Shown one piece after another: positions 12,779 through 26,419 of a DNA stretch of 64,000 nucleotides. A model generated the notes under the pieces. It was not told the DNA's origin, searched no databases, and saw nothing but the letters and a program-made list of their open reading frames with translations. This stretch comes from Eledone cirrhosa. Taxonomy: Eukaryota. Positions within the stretch are counted from its first letter, which is position 1; the number at the start of each line of letters is the position of its first letter. Where the stretch lies: NCBI GenBank assembly GCA_964016885.1, contig OZ024741.1, positions 316,448,001 to 316,512,000 of the forward strand. Reading direction: 5' to 3'. Position numbers and translations under genes: made by a program.

Positions 12779-13493
12779 TGGCGATGAATTAGTTTTGCGA
12801 GGTTTTTGATATGAATCGTGTGTCCAAACAAATATTGTTATACTTGGGGAGGGTCATATTTGTGTAATAATATTACCCTCCCCAAGTATAACAATATTTA
12901 TTTCGACACACGATTTCATATCAAAAACCTCGCAAAACTAATTCATCGCCGTTATGTGGATTGGCAGTATTGGTAGAGGGTCGGACACCAAGCTTATTTG
13001 TGTAATAATATTGCCAGAATTAATAACAGAACACACTCACTGTTTGGTTGGTTTTCGCTTCTGTTTCTTTTATATCGGTTAATTTAATTTATTCGGTCCT
13101 CAATGTTACCATTGATTGACCAACGGTCAAAAATACAGATACAATATAGACACAAGCACATATATATAGTCTATCAAAGTTCTTTCGTTGCACATCTGCA
13201 ACATCGTCAGTGGTGCTATTATGTTTCCTCCCGTTGTATTGTATGCCTACGCCATCTTTAATGTTACCATTGATTGACCAACGATCAAAAATACAGATAC
13301 AATATAGACACAAACACATATATATAATCTAACAAAGTTCTTTCGTTGCACATCTGCAACATCGTCAGTGGTGCTACTAGGTTTCCTCCCGTTGTATTGT
13401 ATGCTTACGCCATCTTTATTTAGTCTGTTTATTTATTTATTTATTTGTTTATTTTTTTGTCTTCTCTGCGCATGCGTTTGCGTGTGTGTATAG
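12779..13493 (-). mobile_element. Inverted Penelope pseudo-LTR complex (fold-back 12780-12950; tandem 158-bp hammerhead-bearing duplication 13102-13417)
   Basis: 12996-13493 is the reverse complement of 15057-15400; CTGACGA-TGTTGCA..TGCAAC-GAAA on the minus strand at about 13171-13216 and 13329-13376. Confidence 0.85.
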
Positions 13494-13499
13494 ATTCCC

Positions 13500-14921
13500 A
13501 TGGGAAGGTGGATTGGGTGGACCAAAGCTATACGGACCCCCCAAAACAATGATCAGGTAAGAAAAATGGTCGCACATGCAATAGGGGCTAGTATCAAAAC
13601 TACCCTAAAGGGCCACATATTCAAATTCAACGAGAAGATCTACATCCAAAATGAGGGAGCAGCCATTGGCGTCAGCATAGCTGGTGACGTTGCCAACCTT
13701 TTTATGGTATGGTGGGAAAGGAGACTCAAAGATCTCCTTGATGAGAGCTCCATAGACCTCATCATGTACTCTCGTTACGTAGACGACATCAATATAGTAA
13801 TAAGGACATCCCCACAAGAGAGCACTAACAAGTTTGATTTAGAACGTAGCACAATCGAAAGCATCCAGCAGATAGCTAATTCCATACACCAGAGTATAAC
13901 TGTAACTATCGACTACCCTTCCAAACACCCTAACAATAGACTACCTGTATTAGACACGGAACTCTGGAATAACACTATAGACGAGAGAGCCCAAATTCTC
14001 CACTCACACTATGCTAAACCCATGGCCTCCAAATACCTGATACTCAAAAACTCAGCAATGTCCAGTAGTGCTAAGTTTAATATTCTGATCGCAGACTTGG
14101 TACGAGTGATGACGAACGTGTCCCGCATGTGCGACCCAACAGAAATGGAAAGACACATCCAACACTTCATCAACCGCATGCAGTTCTCTGGCTACAACCA
14201 AAGAGACAGAATCAGAGTATACGAAGGAGCCACGGAGAAGTATAAGACCCTCATAGAACTGGACATGAAAGGAGTTTGCCCATTATACAGGAGCAAATCA
14301 TGGAATAGCTTAGATAGGGCTAGACATAAGATAGGGAAAGCCACCTCATTGTACGACAACCAGAGATAGGAGAGTGTCATGTTTGTGGACGCTACTCCTG
14401 GAGGGAAATTAGCTAACCAGTGTAGAAAGGCCCTGAGAAAGACCCACTTAAAGATTAAGGTGGTAGAAAAGCCAGGAACCACCATAAAATCCCTGATTAG
14501 CAAAACCTACCCTTTTAAGAAAACCCACTGTACTAATAGGAAATGTATCATATGTAAAGTAAACCCCCGGATAAACTGTAAAACTAGAAACGTAGTCTAT
14601 AGCATAAGATGTACAGAGGGTACTTGCAGAAATATGACAACAACATACATAGGCGAGACAGCTCGTAGCATAGGTGAAAGGATAGACCAACACTGGGGGG
14701 AACTAAAAGGACGAAAAAACGGTTCAGTACTATACGAACATGCCAGACAACAACACGACGGTAACATAGACAATTTAGAAATTAGAATAATATCTAAACA
14801 TAGAAATGACCCAGCAGATAGGCAAATCAGAGAGGCCAGTGAAATAGAAATTAGAAGGCCAAGGCTAAACAGAAAAAATGATGGAATAATAACAACACCC
14901 AAACAAACAACACTGACCTAA
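13500..14921 (+). pseudogene. Penelope-like element ORF (RT with YVDD, Cys-rich linker, GIY-YIG endonuclease); 5'-truncated with one in-frame stop
   Basis: YIQNEGAAIG..ANLFM, YSRYVDD, LPVLD; same frame resumes after TAG 14367-14369; CTNRKCIIC, NVVYSIRC..YIGETAR..RQIREA..LNR. Confidence 0.93.
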
Positions 14922-15056
14922 GAGAAGTATAAATAAATAAATACATACACAAGCACAATAACAACAAACACATATAAACGCACACTAGTAAACTAAGATA
15001 GAATACAATAACTAATACACAGTCACCCAAACACGAACACACATCAAACAAAACAC

Positions 15057-15404
15057 TATACACACACGCAAACGCATGCGCAGAGAAGACAAAAAATAAA
15101 CAAATAAATAAATATAAACAGACTAAATAAAGATGGCGTAAGCATACAATACAACGGGAGGAAACATAATAGCACCACTGACGATGTTGCAGATGTGCAA
15201 CGAAAGAACTTTGTTAGACACAAACACATAGACTATATATATATAGTCTATCTGTATTTTTGACCGTTGGTCAATCAATGGTAACATTGAGGACCGAATA
15301 AATTAAATAACCGATATAAAAGACACAGAAGCGAAAACCAACCAAACAGTGAGTGTGTTCTGTTATTAATTCTGGCAATATTATTACACAAATATGACCC
15401 TCCC
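15057..15404 (+). mobile_element. Penelope 3' pseudo-LTR with hammerhead-like motif (15172-15217)
   Basis: CTGACGA 15178-15184, GTTGCA/TGCAAC stem II, GAAA 15202-15205; weak stem I; AATAAA downstream. Confidence 0.8.
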
Positions 15405-15435
<31 letters not shown>

Positions 15436-15626
15436 GTGTGAAGAGTGAGAGGGGGATAACGAGAGAGATCGATAAATAGATAGATTGATAGATCCGAACG
15501 GCCGGAGCTCAGCCGTCGGGATCCTGACTCTTTTCCTATTACCCACTCTACTACCCTAAGTATTGAGTAATCTGGTGCATTATAGTCTAGTAGCTTACCA
15601 CACATTCTTTGTTAGATAGATAGATA

Positions 15627-15810
15627 TGTTTCTTTATTAGCCACAGGGGCACAAAAGAAGGGGACAAATACAAAGGGGGAAGTTTACACACAATAAAAAC
15701 GTGTAAAATATTATCACAAATGCAATTTAAAAGTTAATCGATTTTCCTCAATAGGGGGAGACATTTCATATGGGTAACGCACACCCCCGAAAAAATGTGC
15801 AACCCTCAGA
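15627..15810 (-). mobile_element. Tx1-like 3' end fragment ending at (GATA)n
   Basis: TTTCTTTATTAGCCACAGGGGC resembles the 3' end of the adjacent element (TTTCTTTATTTGCCACAAGGGC). Confidence 0.6.
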
Positions 15811-15835
15811 TAGGTAGATTGTTGGATGATAGATA

Positions 15836-18800
15836 TCTTTCTTTATTTGCCACAAGGGCGTACAAAAATGGCAGATTACAAGACGTGACGGCGGGGGTTT
15901 TACATAAAAATCTTTAACAATGATGAATAACAATAAACTATATATAAAATAAAACAATCGAAATCCCCATTAGGGGTGAACGTTACTGCGGGGTTGTTTT
16001 ACACCCTGTGGATAGAACAACGCTCAATACCATAAGCATGTTTTATAGGTGTTCTCGTCTTCCCTCTGTTTGTCTTCCTCAACCTACAGGTTTATATACA
16101 GAGAAGGCCCATTCACTCGGGGCATTTTCGCCACATTCACCCACCTTTCAGCGAATTTACCGGGGTGTAGACACCTCTCTCTCCACTCACACCTTCCTTC
16201 TGAAGTGGTACTTAAAGAAGGGGATGAGTTGTTGTCCGGAGAGAAAGGTGTTTGCCCTCAGTCCTCTTAACCTCGTCCATCATATTACCTCTTTCGTCAT
16301 AGCCACCAGACAGAGGAAAACCGCCTGTCCTTCATTCTTAAATGAAGGCAGCGGGGTGATCCTCACGATGGACTCGGCTGACAACTGGATGCGTCCTACA
16401 CGTGACAGTAGCTGTTCAACATAATTCCACAGGTCGGTCACCCCTGGGCACTGAACAATTGTGTGCAGAATGTCCTACTCGCATCTGGGACAGGTCCTTT
16501 TGGCAGGATTTCTGCCAGGGCGTCCGTGCCTGTAGATCTTGTCTTGAACTGGTAGAGCTCCTCGGTAGCACTGTCAGGCCAGAGACCTCTGGAGATTATC
16601 CATAGGCCCTGGACGGAAAGTCCTCCCGAACAGACTGGTCAGTTCATCCTCCTCGATACCTAGAGTTTCCCCGAGAACGTCGTCACACTTATCCTCCACC
16701 AATCCCCTATAGAATGTCGAAGTGGAGTCTCCGCTGATAGCCGTTTCAGCTTGCCTGAAGGCACTAGAGATGCCAGGCGCCCATTTTCGGTCTTCGCTTG
16801 ACCCAGGACTGCAGTTCTGTTAGCGAGACGAGTGGTGGAAGAGCACGTCTCACAAACGACAGCCACACCGGTTCACCGGTCAGGAATACCTGGAGATGAC
16901 GTAGCTTCAGCGTGTGTTTGCGCATCATCAGCCACGGCATGCGCAGCCCTCCGTTAGAAGGGTGTTGGCAGCAGATGTATCTCCTCACCAATGGAGCCTG
17001 TTTCTTCCAGAGGAACTTGAAGAGTAGACGTTCCATTTTGGTGAGGTGTTCGCGGGGACAATGCACAACTGTCAAGCGGTAGTAGATGACGGACGCTATG
17101 TAAGTGTTCGCCACCTTCGCTCGACCTTTCAAGGAGAGTTTGCACTTAGCCCACTTCTGGGTGAGTGCAAACACCTTCAACGTGACCTCGTTCCAGTTCT
17201 TGTCCACCTGGAGGTCTGGACAAAATAGACACCGAGCAATTTCACCGGTCCTTCCGCCCAGCATCCAACGACGCCGTCGGAAGGCATGGGTTTGCCTCTC
17301 CATGTGCCGAGTTGCAAACTGACAGACTTGTTTGGGTTTAGTCTTGCTCCGATTTCCGAGGTTTTCGACACTATTACGGTTACGTCGTCGGCATAGGCCG
17401 ACGCTGCTTTATTCAAGCCTGGCTCGATCGGGATGCCCTTCAACAGCTCCAACTTCCGCAGTAATGACTCGAGAGTCAGTACATACAGAATGGTAGAGAG
17501 AGGGCATCCCTGACGGATGGAACGCATGATTTGGAATGGCTCCGATAGGTAGTCATTCACCTTGACTGCCGAGCAGATGTTGGTGCGCATGGCAGCGATC
17601 CAGCCTCTGAGGACAGAACCGAAGCCGGCCGCCTTGAGAACCGCTTCCAAGTATTGACGGTCGACCCTCTCTAATGCCTTAGACTGATCTAAATTGATCA
17701 GATCCCCGCCGAAGCCAGGTTTACACCCTACCCTCTCTATGATGTATCGCAATAGGTCGGGATTGCACATGTTTGCGGTTCTCGACGACAAGCGCCAGCC
17801 TCGTTGCTTACACCTTGGCCAAAATCTTTAACTGTGTTGAGTAGAGTTATGGGCCTCAAATTGGTTATCTCATCCACATTGTTCTCATCTTTCCTGATCA
17901 GCGTTACTACGCTTCTGCCTACAGAACTGGGAATTCTCTCATTCTGCTGCCCGTGGCAGTAGACCGCTTCGAGGACGCAGGAGAACAAGTCTGACATGCC
18001 TATGTAAAACTCATAGGGTAGACCATCTAAACCGGGTGATTTGCGTTTCCCACAGCGGCCTAGAGCATCTTCTATTTCGTTCGCTGTGATCGGCCTTTCG
18101 CAACTCTCTGCATCCGTGCTCGAGAGTCGCGGTAGGCCGTCGAGGTAGGAAATGAAGTCCACCATCTCGCTCGACGTACCGCTTTACCCGAACTGTTGTG
18201 CAAAGTACTGCTGGAAGGCCGTGCACATCTGCTTGGATTCAAGTAGAATGCGTCCGTCTCTGTCTTGCAAAGACGGAATTGTGGATTTGTTGCCACTTTT
18301 CGCCTCTACCACTCGGGCCCAGCTAACAGCTTTGGCTCCCTCGTTTCTTAGAGCACGTGTTCTACTTCTGACAATACAACCTTCGTGTTTCACGTTGAAG
18401 AACTGGTCTAGTGCCGTTCTCGCCGCTAGCACGTCAGCTGTACTGCCATTCCTAAGTGCCTCTTCTACTTTAGCTACCAGTTCCTTTTCAGTTTTGTTCT
18501 TTTCTTAAGCTACTTTCTTTCTAAATGCTATCGATTCTACTCTAATTGTTCTCTTGAGAGAGCTCCACTACCTGTTGTTGACGATGGCCCCCGTCAACTG
18601 GCGCTTGACTAAAGTGCCAATCAGTTTTCTGTAGGCCTTACGCGCCGGGAGAGACATGTTTAGCTTCCAGTATCCGGGTCCCTGTCTAAGTATTCTATTA
18701 AGGTTGACTATGCAGGTGACTAATTTGTGGTCTGAATAGGTAACCATGTGCATTTGTGGACAGCTTAATGCTTCCTTATCATTCTGTCTAATTAGAAATC

Positions 18801-19606
18801 TAAATACGATCTAGAAGGCCCAGTCCGGTTGCTCCTCGTCCACAGGTGGAATTGGTTGATGAGATTTTAGAGGCTATTACACCCCACTCTACTATTTCAT
18901 GCCCCTTACATAATCCCAACGTGCGTCTAAGATACCATTCCAGTCCTCCACTAAGACTAAAGAGCGAGACGTTCCCAGGAATGACTCCAGACGCTTGAAG
19001 AAATCTGGTTGCCAATTCCCAGTCGGGGCATATACGGCCACCAGTCTGAAAGCTCTACTTTCACTACCGTTCACGTCTAGGACAGCCAGATTGCCTTTCG
19101 GGTCCAAGTAGATTGTTTATACTTTAAGGTCCACGTTTTTCCGAAACAAAAAAGTAACTCCCCCTCCACCTGTTGGCTGACAGAGAGATGCATAGATCTC
19201 AAAGTCGTCAAACATGGAGGTTTGCTGCTGCTTGTTGTGGATCCTGGATACACTGATGGCTATCACATCTATACAGTGTGACCTGAGGTCATTTAAAAGT
19301 TGGCCCTGTTTCCAGGACATCCCCAGGCCACGTACATTCAAACATCCATGTTGGTGAAGAAGAGTTAGGGAGAGAAAAGGCAAGAACACTTACCTTTTAG
19401 TTTCCTGGAGGTCGGGTTGTACGATCTCCATGTCTAGATTGTGGGTGTTTGGGAAGGAAGGGAATCCTTTTAGTAGGACACGGTTTAATGGTTTTTGACG
19501 GGAGGGGGGGGGCACATCACGTGGGAAGTTCCCTTTTATTGTTTCATATTGTAAGGTTGTTACTCTGATTAGTTTTAGGTTCGGAGGTGGGTCGTTGGTG
19601 AGGAAG
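15836..19606 (-). mobile_element. Degenerate Tx1/L1-clade LINE (APE + RT) with 15-bp TSD
   Basis: CLNVRGL, YSDHKLV..GYWKLN, KSPGLDGLPYEFY, RPITLLN, RQGCPLS, AYADDV; GTTGGATGATAGATA at 15821-15835 and 19607-19621. Confidence 0.9.
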
Positions 19607-19749
19607 GTTGGATGATAGATAGATAGGTATATAGCTGCTGCATTAACACTGAACATCTTGTCAAAAATGTGTGAGAGAGAGAGGCAGGGAGGAAGATATC
19701 AAATTTCTATTTACTTGTCAAAGTTAACATTGTGTTTTCTTATTGAAGA

Positions 19750-19885
19750 TGGCTGTGTAATTAAGGAGTTCTCTTTGCGACCACGCGGTACTAGGTTCAG
19801 GCTCACTATACGGTACCTTGGGCAAGAATCTTCTACAGCTACAGGTTAAGCAATATCTTGTGAGTCAAATTTGGTAAACGGAAAG
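19750..19885 (+). mobile_element. tRNA-derived SINE (second family)
   Basis: GGCTGTGTAATTAAG..GGTTCAG..ACCTTGGGCAAG..CTTGTGAGT..TTTGGTAAACGGAAA. Confidence 0.65.
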
Positions 19886-19984
19886 TGTATAGATGATAGT
19901 CGCATGTACTGGACCTGTAATTCAAACGTACATACATACATACATACATACATACATACATACATACATACATACATACATACA

Positions 19985-20017
<33 letters not shown>

Positions 20018-22280
20018 GTCGGTGGTGCGACAACGTAGGAGGAATATGGCTACAGTCTGGCTGGATTACAGGAAAGCTTTCAATTCTGTTCCCCACTCTT
20101 GGATGATAGAGGCCCTCCGACTTGCTAAAGTTCCAGACATTATTATCAGAGCCATAGAGAAGCTATCTTCTTCTTGGGCTACTATCCTAAAGTTAAAGAC
20201 AGAGAAGGAGGACTCTATTTTCACTGATAAAATAAAATATCGCAGGGGTATATTTCAGGGAGACAGTCTCTCTGTGATATTATTCATCCTGTTATTAATT
20301 CACTTGTGCTTTCAGAAATATGAAGGATACATCATTGGCTCACAGGGGGACAGAAATACGAACCTAACCCAGAATTTCTTTGTGGATGATCTGAAACTCT
20401 ATGCCAAGAACATGGATGGGATGAAGAAAAATCTTGACCTGGTTACAACGTTCTCAAAGGATATAGTAATGGAGTTTGGCTCATATATGACTGTAAAGCG
20501 GGGAAAAACAACAACCTAATCTAGCAACATTGTCATCAATGGCCTAACTGTTTCACCGATATCTGATGAGGACTGCTACAGATACCTGGGGATAGATGAG
20601 AACATATCCTATAATGGTATCTGTAATAAGGAACGCGTAACCAGGGAATACTACACCCGAATAAGAAAGATATGGTCATCGGAACTTTCTGCGCAAAACA
20701 AAACAGTGGCTCACAATGTGTTTGCTGTGCCTGTCCTAACACCAACTTTTGGAATACTCAATTGGACGATAGACGAAATCCGAGCGATTGATGTTAGAAC
20801 TTGAAAAATACTAAACGACACCGGAAACTTCCACATCAACAGTGGTATCGACCGCCTTTACTTGAAACGTAAGCAGGGAGGCAGAGGCCTAACATCAGTC
20901 CAGACAGCATTTGAATGTCGCATCACATCCCTCTGACAACATCTATGAACCTCAAAGCGTAGGAGCCTGTCTCTCGAGCAAGTCTATCTGCATGAAACAG
21001 ATAAGATCATGAGAGTTGGGAAGGAACTCCTCGAGAGGTATTCCGTGTGATAATCAAAAATTCACATCCAGGGAAGTCACTCAGCAGTATCGCAGTGAAT
21101 CCATGGATGAAAAACTGCATGCTTATCAGCAAAAAATCATGCATGGATATGTTGCCAGGAAGCTCCAGAGTGAGAGTAATATAGATAAGGACAGTAGTCT
21201 ATCTTGGACCTACAACCGCTATATTGGTTCCTATTTTGAAGGATACGCTTTTGCAATCCAAGAACAGGAAATCAACACAAAATACCTGATTCACAAAAGA
21301 GATAGGGATGCAGGCAAAACACCTAGATGTGATAACAAGTGCAGACTCTGCAGAATTAACATCGAAGACGTCACCTATGTCATAAGCAGCTGTCCAAAGA
21401 TGTCATCACGGTACTATCTGCTTATGAAGCATCATGTAGTGGCCAAAACACTGTACAATGCAATCCGTAGAAAAGGTAGCCCAGATAATAAACACATTAA
21501 AAGCTACAGCAATGTGGAAGACATACATGTACATAATATAAAAGAGTACTAGTGGAATGTTCCAGTAAAAACCCCAATAAAATGCAGGCATAACAGACCA
21601 GATATTATGATATGGGACAGGGAAATGAAGGCATGCACAGTAGTGGAAGTTAGCTGTACAGCAGATGCCAATATAATATCAAAGATTAGCGAAAAGGAGA
21701 ATATTTAGGAAATTACAAGTACAATCCATTAATGGAATAGTAAAAATATGTAAAACATTCCAAAAATGTTGCATCTAATAACTGCATATACACGTGTACA
21801 TATACTAAGCATATACACATGCACACATACAACTCAAAACATACACATCCACACATACAATAACATCCATATCTACACATGCATGCATACATATCTATCT
21901 AGTTGATGTGTAAATTCCAATGAGAGAGTCTTGTGTCTGTTAGAAACCGACTCTCTCTCTACTGGCAAAAATTTGTGAAATTATTAAACCAGAAGAACGT
22001 ACACACATACTTACACACATAATACTCACATACATACACACATACATACATACATACAGATGCCAAGCATATGTACATGTACACATATAACACTCAAAAC
22101 ATCCACATCTATACATACAATAAGATCCATATCTACACATGCATGCAGACATGCATACATATCTACCTAGTTGATGTGTAAATCCCAATGAGAGAGTCTT
22201 GTATCTACGTTAGAAGCCGACTCTCTCTCTCTATTGGTAAAAATTTATAAAATTATAAAGCCAGAAGAACATACATACAA
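20018..22280 (+). mobile_element. R4/Dong-like non-LTR element (RT + restriction-like endonuclease), degenerate, with duplicated 3' UTR
   Basis: WLDYRKAFNSVPHSW, RGIFQGDSLS, FVDDLKLY, CRLC..ED..YVISSC, NRPDIMIWD..VVEVS; flanked by (CATA)n; 3' UTR repeated at about 21830-22010 and 22090-22280. Confidence 0.85.
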
Positions 22281-22291
22281 TGATACATACA

Positions 22292-22415
22292 TAATTGTTT
22301 CTACTTTTCGCACAAGGCCAGCAATTACCCAGTGCATTACTGGTACTTTATTTTATCGACCCCGTAAGGATGAAAAGCAAAGTTAACCTCGGCGGGATTT
22401 GAACTCAGAATGGCA
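22292..22415 (-). mobile_element. SINE fragment
   Basis: Same family as 12602-12775. Confidence 0.85.
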
Positions 22416-22769
22416 ATCATAGATACATAATGGTTGTACTCGATTTTGAGTTTGACGATTTTCTCACTCTTATTATAACTATGTGCCATTGACACCTTGG
22501 CTGGTTCTTTTGTGGCTTTTTAAACCAGCAAGTGATTTATATTGAATGCTACTCTCTCTCACACACACACACACTCTCTCTCCCCCTCTCTCTCTCGCCC
22601 TCGCTCTCTCTCTCTCTCTCTCTATTGGCATGCATTTTATTGACATGGTGCTTTATACCTGACTAAGACCAACATACATATATATATATACACACATATT
22701 TGTGTGTGTGTGTGTTAGTGTGTGTGTGTGTGCGCGCGCGCGCGTGTAATTAAAAAAAAAGGTGTGTGA

Positions 22770-23549
22770 AGACAACGGAAATATGGACGAAACCCAGGTC
22801 AATCCCTTTTCATCAGTCGATTTCTGGAGGTCCTTGTGGTTTCTGGAAATTAACTTTGATGCGACTGGCGCCAGTGCATATAGGACAGAACAGAAGACTG
22901 GGCAATTGATTTTTCGAATATTTACAAATAAAACAAAATTTGCTACAAACTAAAGAAGAGATGGAAACAAAGCCCAATATCTTAGCCTAAAAGAGAAAGT
23001 GTTCACAGATGGCGAAGTGAGAAAGAGAAGGTGGAAAAGACAGAGCATACAAACATTAATAACGCATTGTTTTCCGTTTGGACGTTAGTCTTATATAGAC
23101 AGACACAACGAGTAGATAGAAAGTGAAGGAAAGACCAGAGAACGCTATCGGTGTAACGTTTAAAATGTATTAATTTAAAAGAATGACCAACTCGGCTAAG
23201 ATCTTATGAAATTTGATTTAAATAAAGGTGGGCGAAAACAACAGAAAAACGGACGAAACACAAGACAGTCCCTTCAAATCAGTCGACCTCTGGAGGTCCT
23301 TGCAATTTTGGTTTATTAAGATCGATACCACTAGCTCAAGTGCACACAGGATAGTGACAAATTAACACAAAACGATTGATCTTTCGACTATTTACAACTA
23401 AAATAAAATTTACTACAAACGAATGTGCAGCAATGAAAAGAAATGATGGGAACAAAGCCCATCATATTGGCCTAAAAGAGAAAGTATGCACAGAAGGCGA
23501 AGTGTTAAAGAGAAGGTGGAAGAGACAGAGAAAATACAAACATTAATAA
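22770..23549. repeat. Diverged tandem dimer, period about 466-487 bp
   Basis: GGACGAAAC at 22785/23251; TCTGGAGGTCCTTG, GCCTAAAAGAGAAAGT and CAAACATTAATAA shared. Confidence 0.75.
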
Positions 23550-23967
23550 TTTTTTTTTATGTATGTGTGTATATATATATATATTATACGTAAGCGTTTC
23601 AGTGAGAGCATTTGAACCAGTGTATACATACGTAGGTATGTGTGCATGTTTGTATGTATGTATGTATGTACGTATGTAGGAATGTATATGTATGTATGTA
23701 TGTATGTATGTTTATGGACGTATGCATGTACGTATGTTTGTATAAATGTGTGTATGTCTGGCATTTGGCAATGGAAAGCTAGTCACTGGTGTCAGCAATT
23801 CCACTAGAGAATGCTGACGTCATCAGTGAACAATGTTTAACCCATTCCAGACATTCTGGTAACTTTATGTTCTAGAAATACCCGACAGGCGACCTATCTC
23901 TGCTGATAGTGTTGATGATGTTACTGCCTCCATAGTGTTGATGATGATACTGCTGATGATGAGGATG

Positions 23968-24105
<138 letters not shown>

Positions 24106-24181
24106 CTCCTATAGCAGATTATTGAAATGCAAATACGTTTTTAAAAAATGCAACAACAACAACCACAACCGCAATAATAAT

Positions 24182-24281
24182 AATTGTTTCTACTTTTGGC
24201 ACAAGGCCAGCAAATACCCAGTTCATTACTGGTACTTTATTTTATCGACCCGGTAAGGATGAAAGGTAAAGTTAACCTCCG
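24182..24281 (-). mobile_element. SINE fragment
   Basis: Same family core. Confidence 0.8.
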
Positions 24282-24665
24282 AGCTGTCCTCGCTACATTC
24301 ACCCACCTGAGGGAGGAGCACTTCCCTCCCCACCCTCACCTCCTTTCGCAGCACTCTGCCTATGCCGCCGAGATTGGTAGCATGCCGTCTAGGTAAGTAT
24401 TGTAGTCCTCTCACGTACGCCCCGAAAAGTGCAAAGTGCTGTTGAAAACCGCACACATCTGTTTGCAATCGAGCAGTATGTGCCCGCCATTGTTCGTCAA
24501 AAAACCGAATTGTGGTTTTCTTGCCACGTTGTGCCTCCGCCACGCAGGCCCATCCAACAGCTTTCGTTCCCTCGTTCCTTAGGGCACGCGCCTTAGCCCT
24601 GATAATGCAACCTTTGTGTTTCGCGTTGAAGATGTGGCCTAAAGCCATTCCCGACGCTAGCATGA
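24282..24665 (-). mobile_element. Tx1-like LINE internal fragment
   Basis: KHKGCIIRAKARALRNEGTKAVGWA is homologous to KHEGCIVRSRTRALRNEGAKAVSWA at 18184-18432. Confidence 0.85.
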
Positions 24666-25020
24666 TAGAACGCTAAGGTAGAGTTTCGACCGACCGTAGT
24701 GCTCCAATGGCTGAGGGCTGTGAGCACTTGTCTTTGCTTGAACCAGGACCAGTGCCGTTCAACTCGATTTGTTTGGTGTTCGACACCACTAGGATGACAT
24801 CATTGGCATATGCTGACACGGATCTCCCGCATCCTTGCACTGTACCAATCACACACTATAGACAACGGTGACAGGTATACAAAAAGAAGAACAAGTCAAC
24901 TTCATTGGCTGCTATCGAGTTGCAAATCCAGTATTTCTGTGACCTCCACACATACATACATTCATACATACATACATACATGCATACATACATACATACA
25001 TACATACATACATACATACC

Positions 25021-25360
25021 AGGAAGGTGGCCGGTCAAAAAAAATATACTCGAAATTAAGAGAAAGAGAAAACATACATATGAATACACTGACTCATATG
25101 GTCTCACTGAAAGGCTTACTCTCTGTCTCTCAATTCAAACCTTGAGAAGCTTCACAGAACCAGAAAGAGCACGTCTAATTAAGAAATTGCACGTACAGTC
25201 CAGTAATGGAACTGTAAACTATTGTAAAACATTCCAGAAATTTAGCATGTGATAAGTGCTTTTACCCACGCACAGATATAGAAACATATGTATATATACG
25301 CATTTAACTCAAAACATACAGATCCTCACATGGAGTAACATTCATCCCTGCACACACACA
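25021..25360 (+). mobile_element. R4/Dong-like 3' fragment
   Basis: KLHVQSSNGTVNYCKTFQK matches KLQVQSINGIVKICKTFQK at about 21710-21770; preceded by (CATA)n. Confidence 0.7.
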
Positions 25361-25427
25361 CACACACACAAATACATATCCACATATATACATTATTACC
25401 TGGTTGAATTTGTCATTAGCTAAGTAA

Positions 25428-25583
25428 TAATTGTTTCTACTTTTTGGCACAAGGCCAGCAATTACTCAGTAGATTACTGGTACTTTATTTTATCGACCCC
25501 GTAAGGATGAAAGGCAAAGTTAACCTCGGCGGGATTTGAACTCAGAATGGCAAGACCCTCTACTGATACTGCCAATCCACCGC
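25428..25583 (-). mobile_element. SINE
   Basis: Same family core. Confidence 0.85.
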
Positions 25584-26296
25584 AAAAAGCCTTGTTTCTG
25601 AGTTAAAAACCGAATTTCTCTTGGTAAAACAAAAAATCATAAAACGAGAACTTACTGCAAATATATTAAAGTCCATATTTATAAATATTGCTGACAGAGA
25701 CACACATACACACATACACACATACACACACATTCACACACAAATACAAACACACAAACACATGCGCGCATACACACACATACATACATACACACACACA
25801 TACACGCACAAATACAAACACACACACACAGTAACACACATACACATACATGCATTCACGCACAAATACAAACACACACACACATACATGCATTCACGCA
25901 CAAATACAAACACACACAGACACACATTCACACATAAACACACACACACACCAACTTCCATGAGAGCTATCGTGGAGAATCGTACCAGTTATTGTTTACT
26001 TATAAGTAAACACCACGAGTTAGTTTCTCACTGTAAACGTCGAATCGAGAGAAGACACCATGCTACATTGGGTATTACTGTATATAATGTGCAATATTAC
26101 ACACACACGTATATATATATGTATATATATATATATATAATAAAAAAACGAATTTCGCTCTACAAGGCTGAATAAAATAAATGTAATCTGAGTTTTTCGA
26201 ATATTAATAATAATATTCGATTCGTTTGCAATTATGCAAACAAGCCTCATTTTTAAAGCCATGTCAGAAGAATGAGCCCCTCATTCTTGCACTTGT

Positions 26297-26378
26297 GTTG
26301 GCATGTAAACAGAACTGCAGACACTAATGTTTCTGGGTATTACCCTTCATCAGTACAGTTCACTGTTCACCTGCCAAC
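26297..26378 (-). ncRNA. Type I hammerhead ribozyme with long stem I
   Basis: GAACUGUA-CUGAUGA-A-GGGU(AAU)ACCC-A-GAAA-CA(UUAG)U-GUC-UGCAGUUC; stem I extends to GUUGGCA/UGCCAAC. Confidence 0.8.
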
Positions 26379-26419
26379 TGTCAGGACTACTGAACATATA
26401 TGATATTTTCTAAAATATG

